DNA of 64,000 nt from Octopus sinensis. Lineage: Eukaryota. Below the pieces are notes generated by a model. That model saw only the letters and a list, made by a program, of their open reading frames with translations. It had not been told where the DNA came from and did no database searches. The DNA is taken from the NCBI RefSeq assembly GCF_006345805.1, contig NC_043000.1, positions 27,156,001-27,220,000 of the forward strand, written 5' to 3'. Below, piece by piece: positions 1-13,900 of this stretch (position 1 is the stretch's first letter; each line of letters opens with the position of its first letter). The position numbers were made by a program, and so were the translations under genes.

Positions 1-1382
1 ATCTGTATTACTTGGTCTAATGTGTAGGAAGTTTCAAAACTCACGGCTCTTACAGGCTTTCTGAGATTGATAAGATTTGCGGCGTTAATGTTCTGTTTGA
101 GGTGCCCAAGGTCAACACCACAGGAAAGAGAGGGGGACGAGATCCATGAAGTCCGATGTAATGGGGCTATAAGATCATATACATAAAGTAGGTTACCCCT
201 ACGAGATTTTTATCTTCGATAATGATTGTGCTCAGGTTGCATTGCAAGGCTCGAGTAAGGATGATGGCCAATGAAGAGCAACCGACTTCTCGATGTTAAT
301 TTTCAAATAGCTTTTTCGTTGCAACATCATGTCCTCTGGATTATGGGCGACAAATGCACAAACGTCACTAAACAACAAACCACTCACAACAAATACGTGT
401 GTATGGCCGTAGCCTCAAGTATGAGGTGCAACAATTTGAAAAGATTAAGTTCAAATCATGTACGGTTACTAGTTGGTTCATCAAGTGCTCAGTTGCATAT
501 AGAACAATTACACAAACGCGAATGTTCAGACACACACACACGTACATACATTCATACAAACAAACACGCACATATATCTCTTCAGTCGAGTGGCATCAAT
601 GACAGATAGAGGGCAAGTAATTTGCAGTTAGCACTTTGACCATGATAAAATCGAAATGCATTTATCAATTTTTCAACAACGCAAACATCTCCAGAAGCAA
701 CCACACAACCAGCCGCACCACCAATTCCACAACCACCACCACCACCAACCACAACAACACCATTACTAAATCTGCTAGTTGATCATGTAACCTTTTCCTC
801 TCGAGTCATGCTGTGCCAGCCTATGTATAAGGCTGTCGTACACGACTTATGGCGGCCTTCAAGCATCATTTTCGGTGTTACAAACTTTGCTCATGTTACA
901 AATTTGCCTGACGAAAGGGGCGGCGCTTAATCCACTGCATATCTATAAATGCTCATTTTTCTCTCCTGTTCTTATAGCATTTTCCCATCTGCCACAGAAT
1001 ACAATGAAAACTATAAAAGATAGAACAGAGTACCCCGGTTCCATCTCCGTTCAGGTTGGCACCTTTCAGTCATTTTCTAATGTAGTTTATTACGCATTAT
1101 TTTTGAAAGATATTTCCCATACCATAGAATAGTATTTAGAGGAATCGATAGTTCTTACATTCATTCTTGTCAGCCTCCTTCAAAATAGGAACGATGTTGG
1201 CATATTTTCAGGTCTGCAGAATGTCACCAGCTTTGCACATTGTTCCAACATCAACAGCAGAGCCAAACAGTTTTGAATTTGGTTTCTCTATTCAAAGTGA
1301 CATCTTCGCTGTCATTCTCCACCTAAAAGAGCACTGGTTGTGATCAACACGTTTTCTATACACTAGGTGGAGCACACACACA

Positions 1383-1466
<84 letters not shown>

Positions 1467-1640
1467 AGCATGATTAATATATTCAGTTGTATAACGCATT
1501 GCGTTTACAAAAGTTTCTTGATCGATGTGTTCTGATACATTGACCATTTGCTAGAAGAACTCTGCTGAGTGATGACATACTTATCCTTTCATCCCGACAC
1601 ATTTTCGTCCATCAGCTGACCTCTGTTAAGTGGCAGCACC
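1..1640 (-). mobile_element. Decayed RTE-type non-LTR retrotransposon ORF2 (RT) fragments, interrupted by unrelated sequence and a (CA)n tract
   Basis: Minus-strand translation by eye gives RT-like pieces in the expected order: KYANIVPILKEADKNECKNYR (~1150-1215), GKYLSKIMRNKL (~1085-1120), AFID (~945-960) and LKINIEKSVALHWP (~265-310). Many stops and frameshifts. Confidence 0.6.
1373..1462. repeat. (CA)n microsatellite
   Basis: Directly visible CA run of about 45 units. Confidence 0.95.
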
Positions 1641-1744
1641 ACTCTCTAGAGACCATATGCATTGTTTGGTCCGGCATTTCAGCTATACAATAGTTTGCAA
1701 GCTCAATGGCTAAATTTTCCCCATTATTTCTTTTCTATTCTAGG

Positions 1745-2005
1745 CAGATGGCACGAAAATTTGAGGGAGGAGATCAATCAATTAGATCGATCCCAGTACG
1801 AAACTGGTACTTAATTTATCGACCCTAACAGAATGAAAGGCAAAGTTGACATCGGCGGATTTTGAACTCAGAATGTAAAGACAGATGAAATACCTATTTC
1901 TTTACTGCCCACAAGCGGCTAAACACAGAGAGGACAAACAAAGGCAGACAAACGGATTAAGTCGATTATATCGACCCCACTGCGTAACTGGTACTTATTT
2001 AATCA
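1745..2005 (-). mobile_element. SINE family A, partial, two body units
   Basis: Reverse complement of the family A body seen at 10317-11070 (gagttcaaa..gtcgactttgcctttcatcctttcggggtcgat..aagtaccagtt). Confidence 0.8.
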
Positions 2006-2069
2006 AATGACTAAAACAAGTAAAAGTGTAAAAGAGTAATAAACTTATGAATACATAAAAAAGAAACAA

Positions 2070-2900
2070 AGATTCACCTCTCACCAACACCACCACGTCC
2101 ACCACCACCGCCACTACCACCATAACCGCCACCAGCACAACCGACACCGCAACCACCATCAACATCAAAACCACCACAAAAACCATCACCACCAATACCA
2201 CCAGAACCTTCAGCACTAACAATACTAAAATCAGGAGCCACAGCCATAACAGCAGCAACTCTAAGACTACTGGGAGAGACACCCCAGCACCAAAAGCAGG
2301 ACGATTTGCTCACCAAGAACACCGCTACCAGCACCACCAGCGCCACCGCTCCTATTACAAATTACCATCACCCTCACCACCACTACCACAACTGGCACAA
2401 CCAACATGAAAACATTACGATAATCTCCACTACCGCTGTCACCACGTATACTACGAGCTTCCCTGCGCCCCACGGCCAATATCAGCGCCGGTTACCCAAA
2501 CCACCACCACCAATAACATCACCTCCAGCATCATTACAATCGCCAGAATCTTCACTGCTATCATCACAATTATCGTCAGTAATATTGGGACCATCGCCTC
2601 TAACAACGCCGCCACCACCACCATCACCATAACAACAGCAACAGTAACATCATCAACAACAGCAGCAGCAGCAACAACAAGGTGTCTACCTACGTCGTTA
2701 TCAAGAACAGTAACAATACGACTATTTTACACGGAATCATCATCACCTCCATTAGAAAATGGCCTCAACAACAACAACAACAACAACATCAAGCAGTAAC
2801 AGCAACAGCGACGGGGTCGGCGGCGTCGGTGGCGGCGTCGGCAGCAGCAGCAGCAGCGACATCAGTACCGTGGACTGCAATCATTACTAGCAACCTGTTG
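2070..2900. repeat. ACC/CAA/CAG-rich low-complexity region
   Basis: Degenerate trinucleotide repeats; they generate the poly-T/H/Q/A/V ORFs in the track. Confidence 0.85.
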
Positions 2901-2990
2901 TTAAAGACAAAACAACGAAAAGAAATACTACAAAATAATACAAGAAACATACGGATGCGTGTGTTTGCATATATGTATATATATATATAC

Positions 2991-3021
<31 letters not shown>

Positions 3022-3051
3022 AGCGTGATTATATATGTGTATATATATGTA

Positions 3052-3111
<60 letters not shown>

Positions 3112-3168
3112 ATGTAAAAAGATACAAACTGGGACAAGAACGTAAAACATTTAGAAGACGATACAAAA

Positions 3169-3204
<36 letters not shown>

Positions 3205-3247
3205 AGAGAGAGATACTTATGCATATATACAGATGCATATATATAGA

Positions 3248-3327
<80 letters not shown>

Positions 3328-3939
3328 CCTATGTACACGTAAAAACATACATACATACATACATACATACATACGTACAACTCTCCACCTATTCATACAT
3401 CACAACTATATACAAACAGTTACAGAAGCAAATAAATAGGAAATCACGTGCTCCGGCAAATCACTTATAACTGCAAACATGTTTGCTACTCGCTTTGAGA
3501 ATAAGCGAAATGCGCAGCCTACGATTACATTCATGTTACCTAGCAACTAGATTTGATTAATAAAAAAGGAAAATAAATAAATATATAAATAAAAGAGAAC
3601 TAAAACAAATAAAAGAAACAACAGCAAATAAAAATCTAAAACTAATGTGAAACAAATGGAAAAGAGAAACTATATATACATATATATATATATATATACG
3701 TGTGTGTATGTGTGTGTTTGGTTGTATGTATGTGTAGATATGTGTATATGTATGTATAAAGAGTAAAAATGAAAATAAAAAGACGATTAGCCACGCTCGG
3801 AAATAATATAACTAGTTACCATGTTAATTAATGCTTCATCGTCAGTTTACATCTTACTGAGTCATGCAACTTTACGAAATCTAGTGAAAGAACAGAGAGA
3901 GAAAGCGTGGACGGCGGAGAATAATTTGACGAAGGTAGA

Positions 3940-4990
3940 AGGAAGAAGAAGGAAGAAGAAGGAAGATGATGGCGGTGATAATGGCTGCTGTTGTGGTGGT
4001 GGTGGTGGCGGCAGCGGTGATTGTTGTAGTGGTGATGGTAGGCCGGTTGTGGTAACGCGGCCGGTCGTAGTTGTGGTAGTTGTGTAAGTGGTATGGTAAA
4101 AGCGGTAGTGTTAGTGCTGGTTGTTTTTCAAGTGGTGCGGGTGGTATTTCTGGTGGTGGTGGTGGTACTGGAGTTCTTTATGCTCTTTGTACTGATGATG
4201 GTGTTGCTGGGAACGATGGTGCTGTAGTTCATGATGGTGTTGGTGGTGCTGGTGGCTGTGGTGTTAGCAGTTGTAGTAATGATGCTGCTGGCGGTAATGG
4301 CGAAGGCGATGGTGGCGGCGATGGTTGTGGTGTTACTAGGGATGTCGATGTTGGCGGGAGCGTGGTTGGAACAAGATGTAGATATAGAAGAAAATGAAGG
4401 CGGTGATGATAATGAGAGAGATTGAGCTGAAATAAATACAAAGGAAGTTAGAAAGGAGGATAAAATAAGTATTGAAGGACGAGAATAAAAATGTAAAAGA
4501 AAGAGGAGGATGGAAGTTTTAAGCCAGACAATATGTAGAAGGAAAATAACTGAGAGAGACCTGACATTACAGGGAGAATAGGTAGACGCGTAACAAGAGG
4601 TGGGAAATGGTGAATAAGAGGGAGGGAAAAGAGGAGTAGTGTGATGTGTTTAATAATATCAATAATAACAATGAAAGAAGGAGGACGGGGAAGAAGGGGA
4701 GTGAAGATGAACAAGTAAAAGCAAAAAAAGTAGAAATGGATGAAGCAGACGACAAATATGAAATGAAGAAAAGGGGGAAAAAATTGGAGGAGGATAAAAT
4801 GGGAAGGAAAAAAAGAATACGTTGATGAAGTCGGAGAAAAGGATGATCAAGAAAGAGAAAGAGACTGTAACTAAGAGGGAAATCCTGGAGGAGAGAAAGA
4901 AAAGAATGCAGATATTGTAAAGAAACTAAAGAAAATGGTGACAAAGTGGACGAAAACGAAGAAAAGCGATAGAGGAAGCGGGGAAGATGA
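3940..4990. repeat. GGT-rich then GA-rich low-complexity region
   Basis: Degenerate (GGT)n to ~4430, then a purine-rich AAG/GAG tract. Confidence 0.85.
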
Positions 4991-6829
4991 AAACTACCTT
5001 CATATTGGAGAAAGGTTTTGAAAACAACTATAGTTGCAATTCGCTCGCCAGCTTTTATAAAGCTATGGTGTTGTATACACCTCTATATTTTCTCTTCTAC
5101 TGTTGTTCCTGCAACAGTGTCTGATTTTCTGAAATTATTGACTGTATATCCTCTCACCTGAGCTATTTCTCTGCATCCTGTTCTTCCTGTTCTCCAGCTC
5201 TAACCGGTCATCCACCACTGTACAACACACATACTACAACCAGTACAGAAATATAACATTATAAAAATTATTTCTATTTAAAACCTTATCGTTTATTTTT
5301 TTTAAAGTAAATTTCAACATTGCAAATATTTCTCTATCCCAAATGCCAAAATTAATAGAGTATTAACTATATTCATGTTAACTATGTAACTTGGCCCGGA
5401 GTATATGTATTACTTAAAGAGTTATGTATCTATGCATGTATGCATGTATGTATGTACGTACGTACGTACGTATGTATGTATGTATGTATGTATGTATGTA
5501 TGTATGTATGTATGTATGTATGTATGTATGTATGTATGTATGTATGTATGCATGCATGCATGTATGTATGTTATTATTCAGTTTATTTCAAGATCTCTTG
5601 CCAATAGAGAAAGAACCGGTTTCTAACCGAGATCCAAGGTGCCTTCAGTGGAATTTCAACATCGAAAACAGTTTATTTTTGTAAGTATGTATGTATGTAT
5701 GTATGTATGTATGTGTGTATGTATATGTGCATATTTGTATGTTTTGCTTTATGTGTGTATTCTCATGCATATAGTTGCATATCTACACATGCTCATATAT
5801 ATTTAAATGATAAACTTCTGGAAAGTTTTACAGATTTTAACAGTTCCAATGATGTATTAGATCTGTAGTCATCGAATCAGCTTTCTCCTTTCTGGTTTTG
5901 AGAGGCTTAATTTCTCAAGAATGGTATTTAGGCAGTGTGTTACATATCTCAGGGTCCCAATAATCTGGATAGAGTTACTGTAGATGTATGCATGAATGCA
6001 TGTATGTATGCATGTATATATGTATGCGTGTGTGTGTGAGTGGATAGGTATATATGTATGTGTGGATAGATATGTATGTATATAAGTATGCAGGTATATT
6101 TGTATGTATGTATATATATATATATTTTATGAAAACACGTGTTTCGGCTAATGAAAGTAAAAATCTCCTGACAGCACAGGAAAAGCACATGCTATTATCA
6201 ATGAACACATTATCGTATGAAAGGATCCTATATTCTGGGTATGCGGACCTACATATACACCGAGGGGTTGGGTTGAATACTAAGCCTAAAGTATGTACTT
6301 CATATATTTCACTTAAGGTCCATATATATAACGCCATTAGCATCCACAAATTGTTAGTCCAGTAAATCCTTTAAACGGTAATTACAAATAGTTGGTAACA
6401 TTTTGTTGAGATCATTTGTAGAGTAAAACCTTTATGCTTTTCCAATTATTGAACAAAAGCTGTTGGCAAACCGATTATAGCAGCGACTCCATCTAAGAAT
6501 AACTGAAGAAGGAATATTATTCCGAAATATCATATCAGACTATGGATGACTAAATTACAACAGGTATATAGCCCATTGTCTGTGTCATGGTGCATTGTTG
6601 TTCCATTAAAAATTTTTATTCTTTACAAACAATACACAATGCTTCAAGCGAACTACAATACTCTTATAGCAATATCAAAGTTTTAGTATAATCCTGTGGA
6701 GTCTATGACGAACAAGGTTTACTATTACTGTCATTACTTGTATGGCATATAAATGACTTATGTCTTTAAATATTTATTACATCCTTCTATCACAAAGGCA
6801 TCTTTTCTCAATGCTTTACACTTGCAAAT

Positions 6830-7930
6830 TTCATCGTAATAATCGGTGAAAGTAAGACAGGTACCAATCAGCAACTGTGGACACTCTGTAATGCTTTACC
6901 CTGACTTAAATTGATTACCACTCAACTGAAGCTAGATATATATTCCCAACATCTTCTATGATGTACCTGATAACGTAGAGGGTAGATCTGTCGGCGATCG
7001 TCCAGGTTTTTGCCTCTCCAGCTTACACAACGGCAGACATTCCAATCTCTTGGTGAGAAACCTTGGCAGAACCTTTAACTCTGTGTTTAGAGGAATTGTA
7101 GGCTTAAACTTGATAAGCAATTTCCCCAGTTCATATGTTTTAGTAACAGCAAACTTACTCCTCGGCTATTACATCTGGCATCACTTCCGGCTTACTCTTA
7201 TTTGTTATAGGCAGCTGCGAAGATAGGTGCGCAGAAGTATGGCATGTAGTAATTAAACTTGTAGAGCCAGTTTCGGCGATTTGCATCTTGCGCATGCGCT
7301 AATAACCTGTTATATCAGCTTCTTGAATCGGCTTTGCACAAAGCTTGTCCAGAGAAAGGTATCCATCACTTTCTGATCTATTTTCTACTTCCTTTGCAGT
7401 GTTTCTAATTTTATAAATTGAATTCTATACTTCCAAGGAATTGAGGGAAAACTATTCTTGGAAAATGTTTTTTTATTTCTTTCTTTTGTATCAGTTTCCT
7501 GGCATTTTCAAGAGAGAAAGATAGAAAACCTTTTGTTTCCTTTTCTTTAAATTGTGCCTTTGAACTTCACATTTCATTGGCGCTAGTTTGAGGCACATTA
7601 TGAATTTCATTCTGTAAGACAGATGCCCCCTTCCGTCAGAATTTTTGGCCTTGTGCTTCAATTTGAAACCATTCAAAATAAGGAGATGCGATCTGGAGGA
7701 GATATTTATCAGTGACACTCCACGTAGAGGCTCCTATTCCTCTTTACATGTTTGTTTCTCTTTTCATGACCCTAAGATGCCATGGGGCCGGTTGCTCGGT
7801 TTTCAACGGCGACTAAGATCACAATATTTCCCTGAACAGGATACAGGGTTCAAGGTGTGCTTTTTTGTTTTGAGGGAAGGTGACAGGTTGATTATGTCGA
7901 AACCAGAACTTAACTGGTAGTATATTCTGT
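6830..7930 (-). mobile_element. Decayed L1/Tx1-clade ORF2 relic (RT region)
   Basis: Minus strand gives KPTIPLNTELKVLPRFLTKRLEC (cf. RPITLLNxDYKILAKVLAxRL) and VINLSQGKALQSVH (cf. LxNLDQxKAFDRVxH). Heavily degenerate. Confidence 0.6.
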
Positions 7931-8926
7931 TGAAGTGAAAGTGGGATTAAACCCATAGTTGAGCACCACGAGATTTGAACTCAGCATGTAAAAGCCGGAA
8001 AAAATCCAGCTTAACAGTTTGTTCGATGTGCTAACGATTCTGTCAGCTCGATACTTTGCGCTTTATATGAACTTCACGTTATAGTTGTTTAGCTGAGAAG
8101 TGAACACTGCGGACACGTACCATGGTCATAATTAAATCAAGACATTAGCGTGAAACACGTGGACGAATTTGACCAGATTCCCACTCTATAACTCGCTTCC
8201 GTACACATTCTATCACCATGTAGTATGTTTTCGGAATAATAATTCTTTTATTATACAATAAATACAATAATAATACAATAATAATTCTTTTGCATAATAA
8301 TTTTCTGAGACCAACTGTTTTGTCTTCAGCAATCCAAGTTGCCCTTCCTTAAAATAGTGTACATAAATGCTTGTACAATTTCAATCAAATACAACACGAA
8401 GAAACCTCCTTTTAATATTTGATATATAAATTGCCATCATTGTGCAACATAAATATTTGGAATCGAGTATCTTATCACACCCTGGTTGATCTATAATTAA
8501 AACCGTCTCTTCGGAGTTTGGAGTGATTTTAATTCGTAACATGGTCACAACCTCGGATATGTGTCGTTATGGATGTATGATATTTAGCATTGTTGTCAGA
8601 AAAAAATTATGGTGAGATGACAGAATCGTTAGCGCGTCAGACACAATGCTTATCCGCGTTTATTTCGGCACTTTAGCTTCTGACTTAAAACCCCACCGAG
8701 CTCAAATTTTCCTTCTACCCTTACGGGAATCAATAAAATAAAATACCTTCAAAATACTCGAGTTCATATAATAGGCTAACACCCACCTGATAAAATTATT
8801 CGCCTTGTGTCATAATTTGACAGCATTAATCCTAATAAAAGATCACATCTGATACCATAAAGTTTGTTCTGTAAATAATTTTACAATGCCGTCATAACTT
8901 GAAAATGGCTAATAGAAAAATATTCA

Positions 8927-9099
8927 GTGCAGGAGTGGCTGTATGTTAATTAGCATGCTTACCAACCACATGGTTCCGAGTTCAGTCCTACTGCGTGGCA
9001 CCTTGGACAAGTGTCTTCTACTCTAGCCTTGGGTCGACCAAAGCCTTGTGAGTGGATTTGGTAGACGGAAACTGAAAGAAGCCCGTCGTATATATGTGT

Positions 9100-9149
<50 letters not shown>

Positions 9150-9365
9150 CTGTGTTGTTGTATGTTTGTGTTTGTCCCCCCAATATCACTTGGCAACCGC
9201 TGCTGGTGTGTTTACGTCCCCGTATCTTAGCGGTTCAGCAAAAGAGACCGAGAGAATAAGTACTAGGCTTACAAAGAATAAGTCATGGGGTAGATTTGCT
9301 TGACTACAGGCGGTGCTCCAGCATGTCCGCAGTTAAATCACTGAAAGAAGTAAAAAAGTAAAAGA
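8927..9365 (+). mobile_element. SINE family B, full length (tRNA-like head, internal (TA)n(TG)n, gaaacaagtaaaagag-type tail)
   Basis: Head ggagtggctg..tggttccgagttcagtcc has A/B-box-like motifs; the same bipartite layout recurs at 22175, 27535, 33905, 54359 and 56891/58957. Confidence 0.85.
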
Positions 9366-10316
9366 ATGCAATGTTCTGTACGTGAAACAAATTGTTAGGT
9401 TACTGTTAAAATGTTTAATGTTTTAAAGTACTTTATTATTACAATTTTTTGGCTGTCTCATTTGCGTTTCTTAACCAGAAATAAGTCCTCGCCAAAGTAG
9501 AAATTATAATTAGCCGCCAGGTACTATTTTTCTCAAATGATTCTCGTCTAAGAGAAGAAGTACAATATATGCTTACTGAGGAGATCTCATGAAACTGAAA
9601 AAAGATCCAGCCTTATGACTACACTACCAAATCGAATTTACCTCCATTTAGTGTTATCCCCTCTCACTTTCTTGACCAGAATTTGTCATTGACTTAATCA
9701 TCTTCTCCCCACCACAGGTGTAATTATAATTAGTTAAAATTTGTCATCGTTTTACTATTTACTACACAAAGTAGGTTATTACCTTCGATATTACCATTTT
9801 TATGCCAAATTTCATCCTTGGTTATATTTCCCTCCTCCCTATTCATTCAGTCGTTATTCCTATTTAACATATCTTCCGTATCTTCCGTCTGCTTGTTTAT
9901 ACATTACGTAATTCTACTAATTCTTTTAAATATGCTAATTTCAGATAGTCTATTTTAAATATGCAAGTGGATTGACCAAAATGGGAAGACACTTCGTATA
10001 CCGATGATTTTTGATAATATATCTGTCCGAAAACCCTTATTGTTTTAGTTTGTACCTATTGACGTAACACAAAATGGGGTTGTTTTCCCATCTCCGAGAT
10101 GGCAATTTCACCATCCACAAAACTCATTCAAGTAATTGTTATTTCAGTCTGTATGAGTTGGCATGTGCTAGACTATGATAATGCCCTCATTATCTAAGAC
10201 AATTATCTCGTTCATACTTATAACACCTTTTACTGAACGTATTTCCTGATGTAAGTATAGTTTCTAGTGCATCAAAGCTTCAACACTGCCATCTTTGCGC
10301 AAATATTCTCTTTTAT

Positions 10317-11070
10317 AAGGTGGCGAGCTGGTAGAATCGTTAGCACGCCGGGCGAAATGTTTGCGATATTTCGTCTGTCTTTACATTCTGAGTTAAAATT
10401 CCACCGAGGTCGACTTTGCCTTTCATCCTTTCGGGGTCGATAAATTAAGTACCAGTTACGCACTGAAGTCGATGTAATCGACTTAATCCGTTTTTCCTCT
10501 CTGTGCTTAGCCCCTTGTGGGTAGTAAAGAAATAGGTATTTCGTCTGCCGCTACGTTCTGCGTTCAAATTCCGCCGAGGTCAACTTTGTCTTTTGTTCTT
10601 TCGGGGTCGATTAAATAAGTACTAGTTACGCACTGGGGTCGATATAATCGATTTAATCCGTTTTTCTGTCCTTGTTTGTCCTCTCTGTGTTTAGCCCCTT
10701 GTGGGTAATAAAGAAACAGGTATTTCGTCTGCTGTTACGTTCTGAGTTCAAATTCCGCCGAGGTCAACTTTGCCTTTCATCCTTTCGGTGTCGATTAAAT
10801 AAGTACCAGTTACGCACTGGTTCGATATAATCGACTTAATCCGTTTGTTTGTCCTTGTTTGTCCCCTTTGTGTGTAGCCCCTTGTGGGCAGTAAAGAAAC
10901 AGGTATTTCGTTTGACTTTATGTTCTGAGTTCAAAATTCTGCCGTGGTCGACTTTGCCTTTCTTCGTTTCGGGGTCGATAAATTAAGTACCTGTTGTGTA
11001 CTGGCACTGGGGTCGATCTAATCGACTGGTATCCCAAACCCCATCAAAAAAATATGTCGGGCCTATAGTC
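10317..11070 (+). mobile_element. SINE family A with four tandem body units
   Basis: One head (aaggtggcgagctggtagaatcgttagcacgccgggcgaaatg), then the atttcgt(c/t)tg anchor at 10368, 10538, 10722 and 10905 (spacing 170, 184, 183 bp). Each unit has a B-box-like gagttcaaattc. Confidence 0.85.
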
Positions 11071-11172
11071 TCTTTTATATAAAACAAGATAGTTATTACT
11101 AAAACGTCTCGGTACATCTTCCCATGCATTTACATTCTGCAGTTATAATTTAATTTATTATATGCTTTTGAT

Positions 11173-11550
11173 AAGGCGGCGAGCTGGAAGAAACGTTAGC
11201 ATGTCCGGCGAAATGCTTAGTGGTATTTCGTCTGCCGCTACGTTCTGAGGTCGACTTTGCCTTTCATCCTTTCGGGGTCGATTAAATAAGTATCAGTTAC
11301 GCACTGGGGATGATATAATCGACTTAATCCGTTTGTCTGTCCTTGTTTGTCCTCTCTGTATATAGTCCCTCGTGGGTAGTAAAGAAATAGATATTTCGTC
11401 TGTCTTTACTCTCTGAGTTCAAATTCTGCCGTGGTCGTCTTTCCCTTTCATCCTTTTGGAAGCAATAAATTAAGTACCAGTTGCGTACTGGAGTCGATCT
11501 AATCTGTTGGCATCCTCTCCCAAATTATCAGGCCTTGTGCCCAGAGTAGA
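11173..11550 (+). mobile_element. SINE family A with two body units
   Basis: Head aaggcggcgagctggaagaaacgttagc; anchors at 11225 and 11393. Confidence 0.85.
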
Positions 11551-13169
11551 GAAGATTATATGCTTTTGTTAGTTTCTAATATTAGAACTTTGTGTTTACA
11601 CTGAAATAAAAAGAAAAAAATCCTTCAGACTCAGTTTTGAACCCTGTACTTTTCAACCAGAGATAAACATACATTTTCTGTCATATTTGCTTTCTTCACT
11701 CATACCATACATGGAATACGTAGGCATTTTTGCTACCATTTTCCATGACATTTTGTAACCTGATTTCTAGTATAGTTTTTAAATTTTTAACCACTTCTGA
11801 GGTTATTTCTCCCGTATCTTCACAACTGTCTATTATTTTCAGCCTCTCTTTATAATTGTTCATTCACCTCAAGAGAGAGAGAGCGAGAGAAACAGTTTGT
11901 TTTTGTTTTGTTCGTATTTGCAGCAATTCTATTAGTTTTTTCTCTATTCGCTACCAAATATTTTTGTAGTCATACAATAGACATTTCATAACAATTTAGG
12001 AGATGCAGAAGGCTACCATTTCTCCTGCATAAATGATAAATACGATGATGTTTTGTTTCTATTTGTTCTAATTCCTGTATTTATTTTTCTTTAACTAATA
12101 TAATATTAATGATGTTTTTCTATATTAGATTTCCTATCTATAAGGTTAACTTGGTACTTTTTAATAATTTTTTGTACTTTCTGTAATATTGTTTGCAATG
12201 TTCTATCATATATAGCGTATAACACAATATCATTCATAAACAAAAGCTACCGATCCCGCTTCCCTACACACCGTTTTCGCGTTAACTGTCGTTTAGCAAT
12301 GAAGTTGGATAAAATTAATAACACCAGGCAAAAAGAAAGAAAAGACCTTGAGAAGGAGAATCCCTCTGGAATAACCCTCTTCTCATACAGATGGGATTCA
12401 TTTTCATAAATTCCTCTTTTGTTCCTATGTGTAGAATTCTGTTCCATTCATTTATGATACGGTTGGTTTAACAGTTTATTATTGGTGTTTACATATTCGG
12501 GGCTAATGAAAGCAAACTCCACGAGTGGGAGCACTTGACAAAAACTAACAATTCTGTACTCAATATTAGCCATGTTTAGAACATTCTTTCAAATCCATTT
12601 CCCCATTATGTCTTTAAATATTTATTACATAATTATTACATCTATAAGTGTCTTTACAACACTCTTTGTGTTCTTCTGGAGATGAAAATCATACAATGCA
12701 TAAACTGCAATTATTGTTGCAGTTTATGCATTGTCCGCTGTAGTTTTGTGTCTGTACACGTTAGTTCTGCGTCTGTAGATGTTATTAGAATAAGGTGGTT
12801 TTCTCTCAGTGAGTCATTTGGGTTTGATTTCTGGCCTTTCAATATATCGTTATATAATTTTACAAGGGCTTTATGCGTGTTTATGAAATATTTCACGTAC
12901 AGGTTTGGAACTGTGTCATGGTGTCTTCCGGTTCCTCATTGTTCTTATGTATGCTTCTTCGATATTTCTTGGGGTCTTATTGGCCTCACGCTTGTTGAGG
13001 TGATGCAGTTGTTTTGAGCATTTATATCCGTGACAACCCGTCCGCTCTCCTCAAATCTACTTTGTGATGGCTATAGTTTAACACCATGTTGAACCTGATA
13101 GGGCTGATTCATAACCAAAAGCATTCCAGCCGTGTCATTCTTGTTCTTTTCTTACGCGCAATACCACTT

Positions 13170-13900
13170 TATCCAAAACCACACCGATTTTTTAAGTGAT
13201 TACGTGTGATTTGGAATCTAATTCTAACAGAGATGTTTTGTCCACTTTTAAGCTCTGTCATTGTTGTTGCAGCTTTGATTTCTATTTCTGCTATTAACTT
13301 GTTCGTAACAAAATCGTTGGATCTTTGATCATCCAAAAAAATCTTGCACACTTTCGCTATGAACTCAACTTCACACAAAACGCTTGTTTCAACCCAAAGC
13401 TATCAATATCTTCACCCCAGTTGCCGCTCAATAAAATTGTACCTACAACCTCATAATTGCAAACGTGAAGGTCTAAATCATTCGACCATCGTTTGGTAAA
13501 AACGATAGAATTCTGTACAAAATGTCCTACTCTTCATTTTATTTTCACATTCTCAGATCAAACTTCTGTCTTGACAAATTCCATACTAGTAGTAATAAAA
13601 AGAAATTTTTAATGTTTTTATATCAGGTCCACTAGATCATTGGGGAAATTTGATTTTCTGCCTTGTCAAAACAAAGAAAATATTTTACCATAATTTGTTT
13701 TACGTGCAACAGAAGCAGTATTAATTCAGAAAGCAATCTGCGTATTCTACTTAGAGTTCCATCATTTAAAGACTTCTTAACTTCAAACCGAACGATTTTT
13801 ATCTGCTTCTGATCGAGTTTTTGTGTTATTTATAATCGTACGTCTGAAGCAGATAACATATTGGGATAACATACCGGTGTTAATTAATCGTTCCATTATG
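13170..13900 (-). mobile_element. Highly decayed mariner-type transposase relic
   Basis: Minus-strand pieces ggcaactggggtgaagatattg (cf. VTGDExW) and AKVCKIFLDDQR (cf. KVMATVFWDxKG) lie in the right order; no TIRs resolved. Confidence 0.35.

Noticed and set aside
2074-4944. Gly/Val/Thr/His/Gln-rich ORFs of 60-262 aa
   Set aside because: They are translations of trinucleotide and (TA)n low-complexity DNA in several overlapping frames, with no domain motifs or splice evidence.
10368-11040. Regularly spaced repeats resembling a CRISPR array
   Set aside because: The whole ~183-bp unit is repeated with no unique spacers, the context is eukaryotic, and no cas genes are present.
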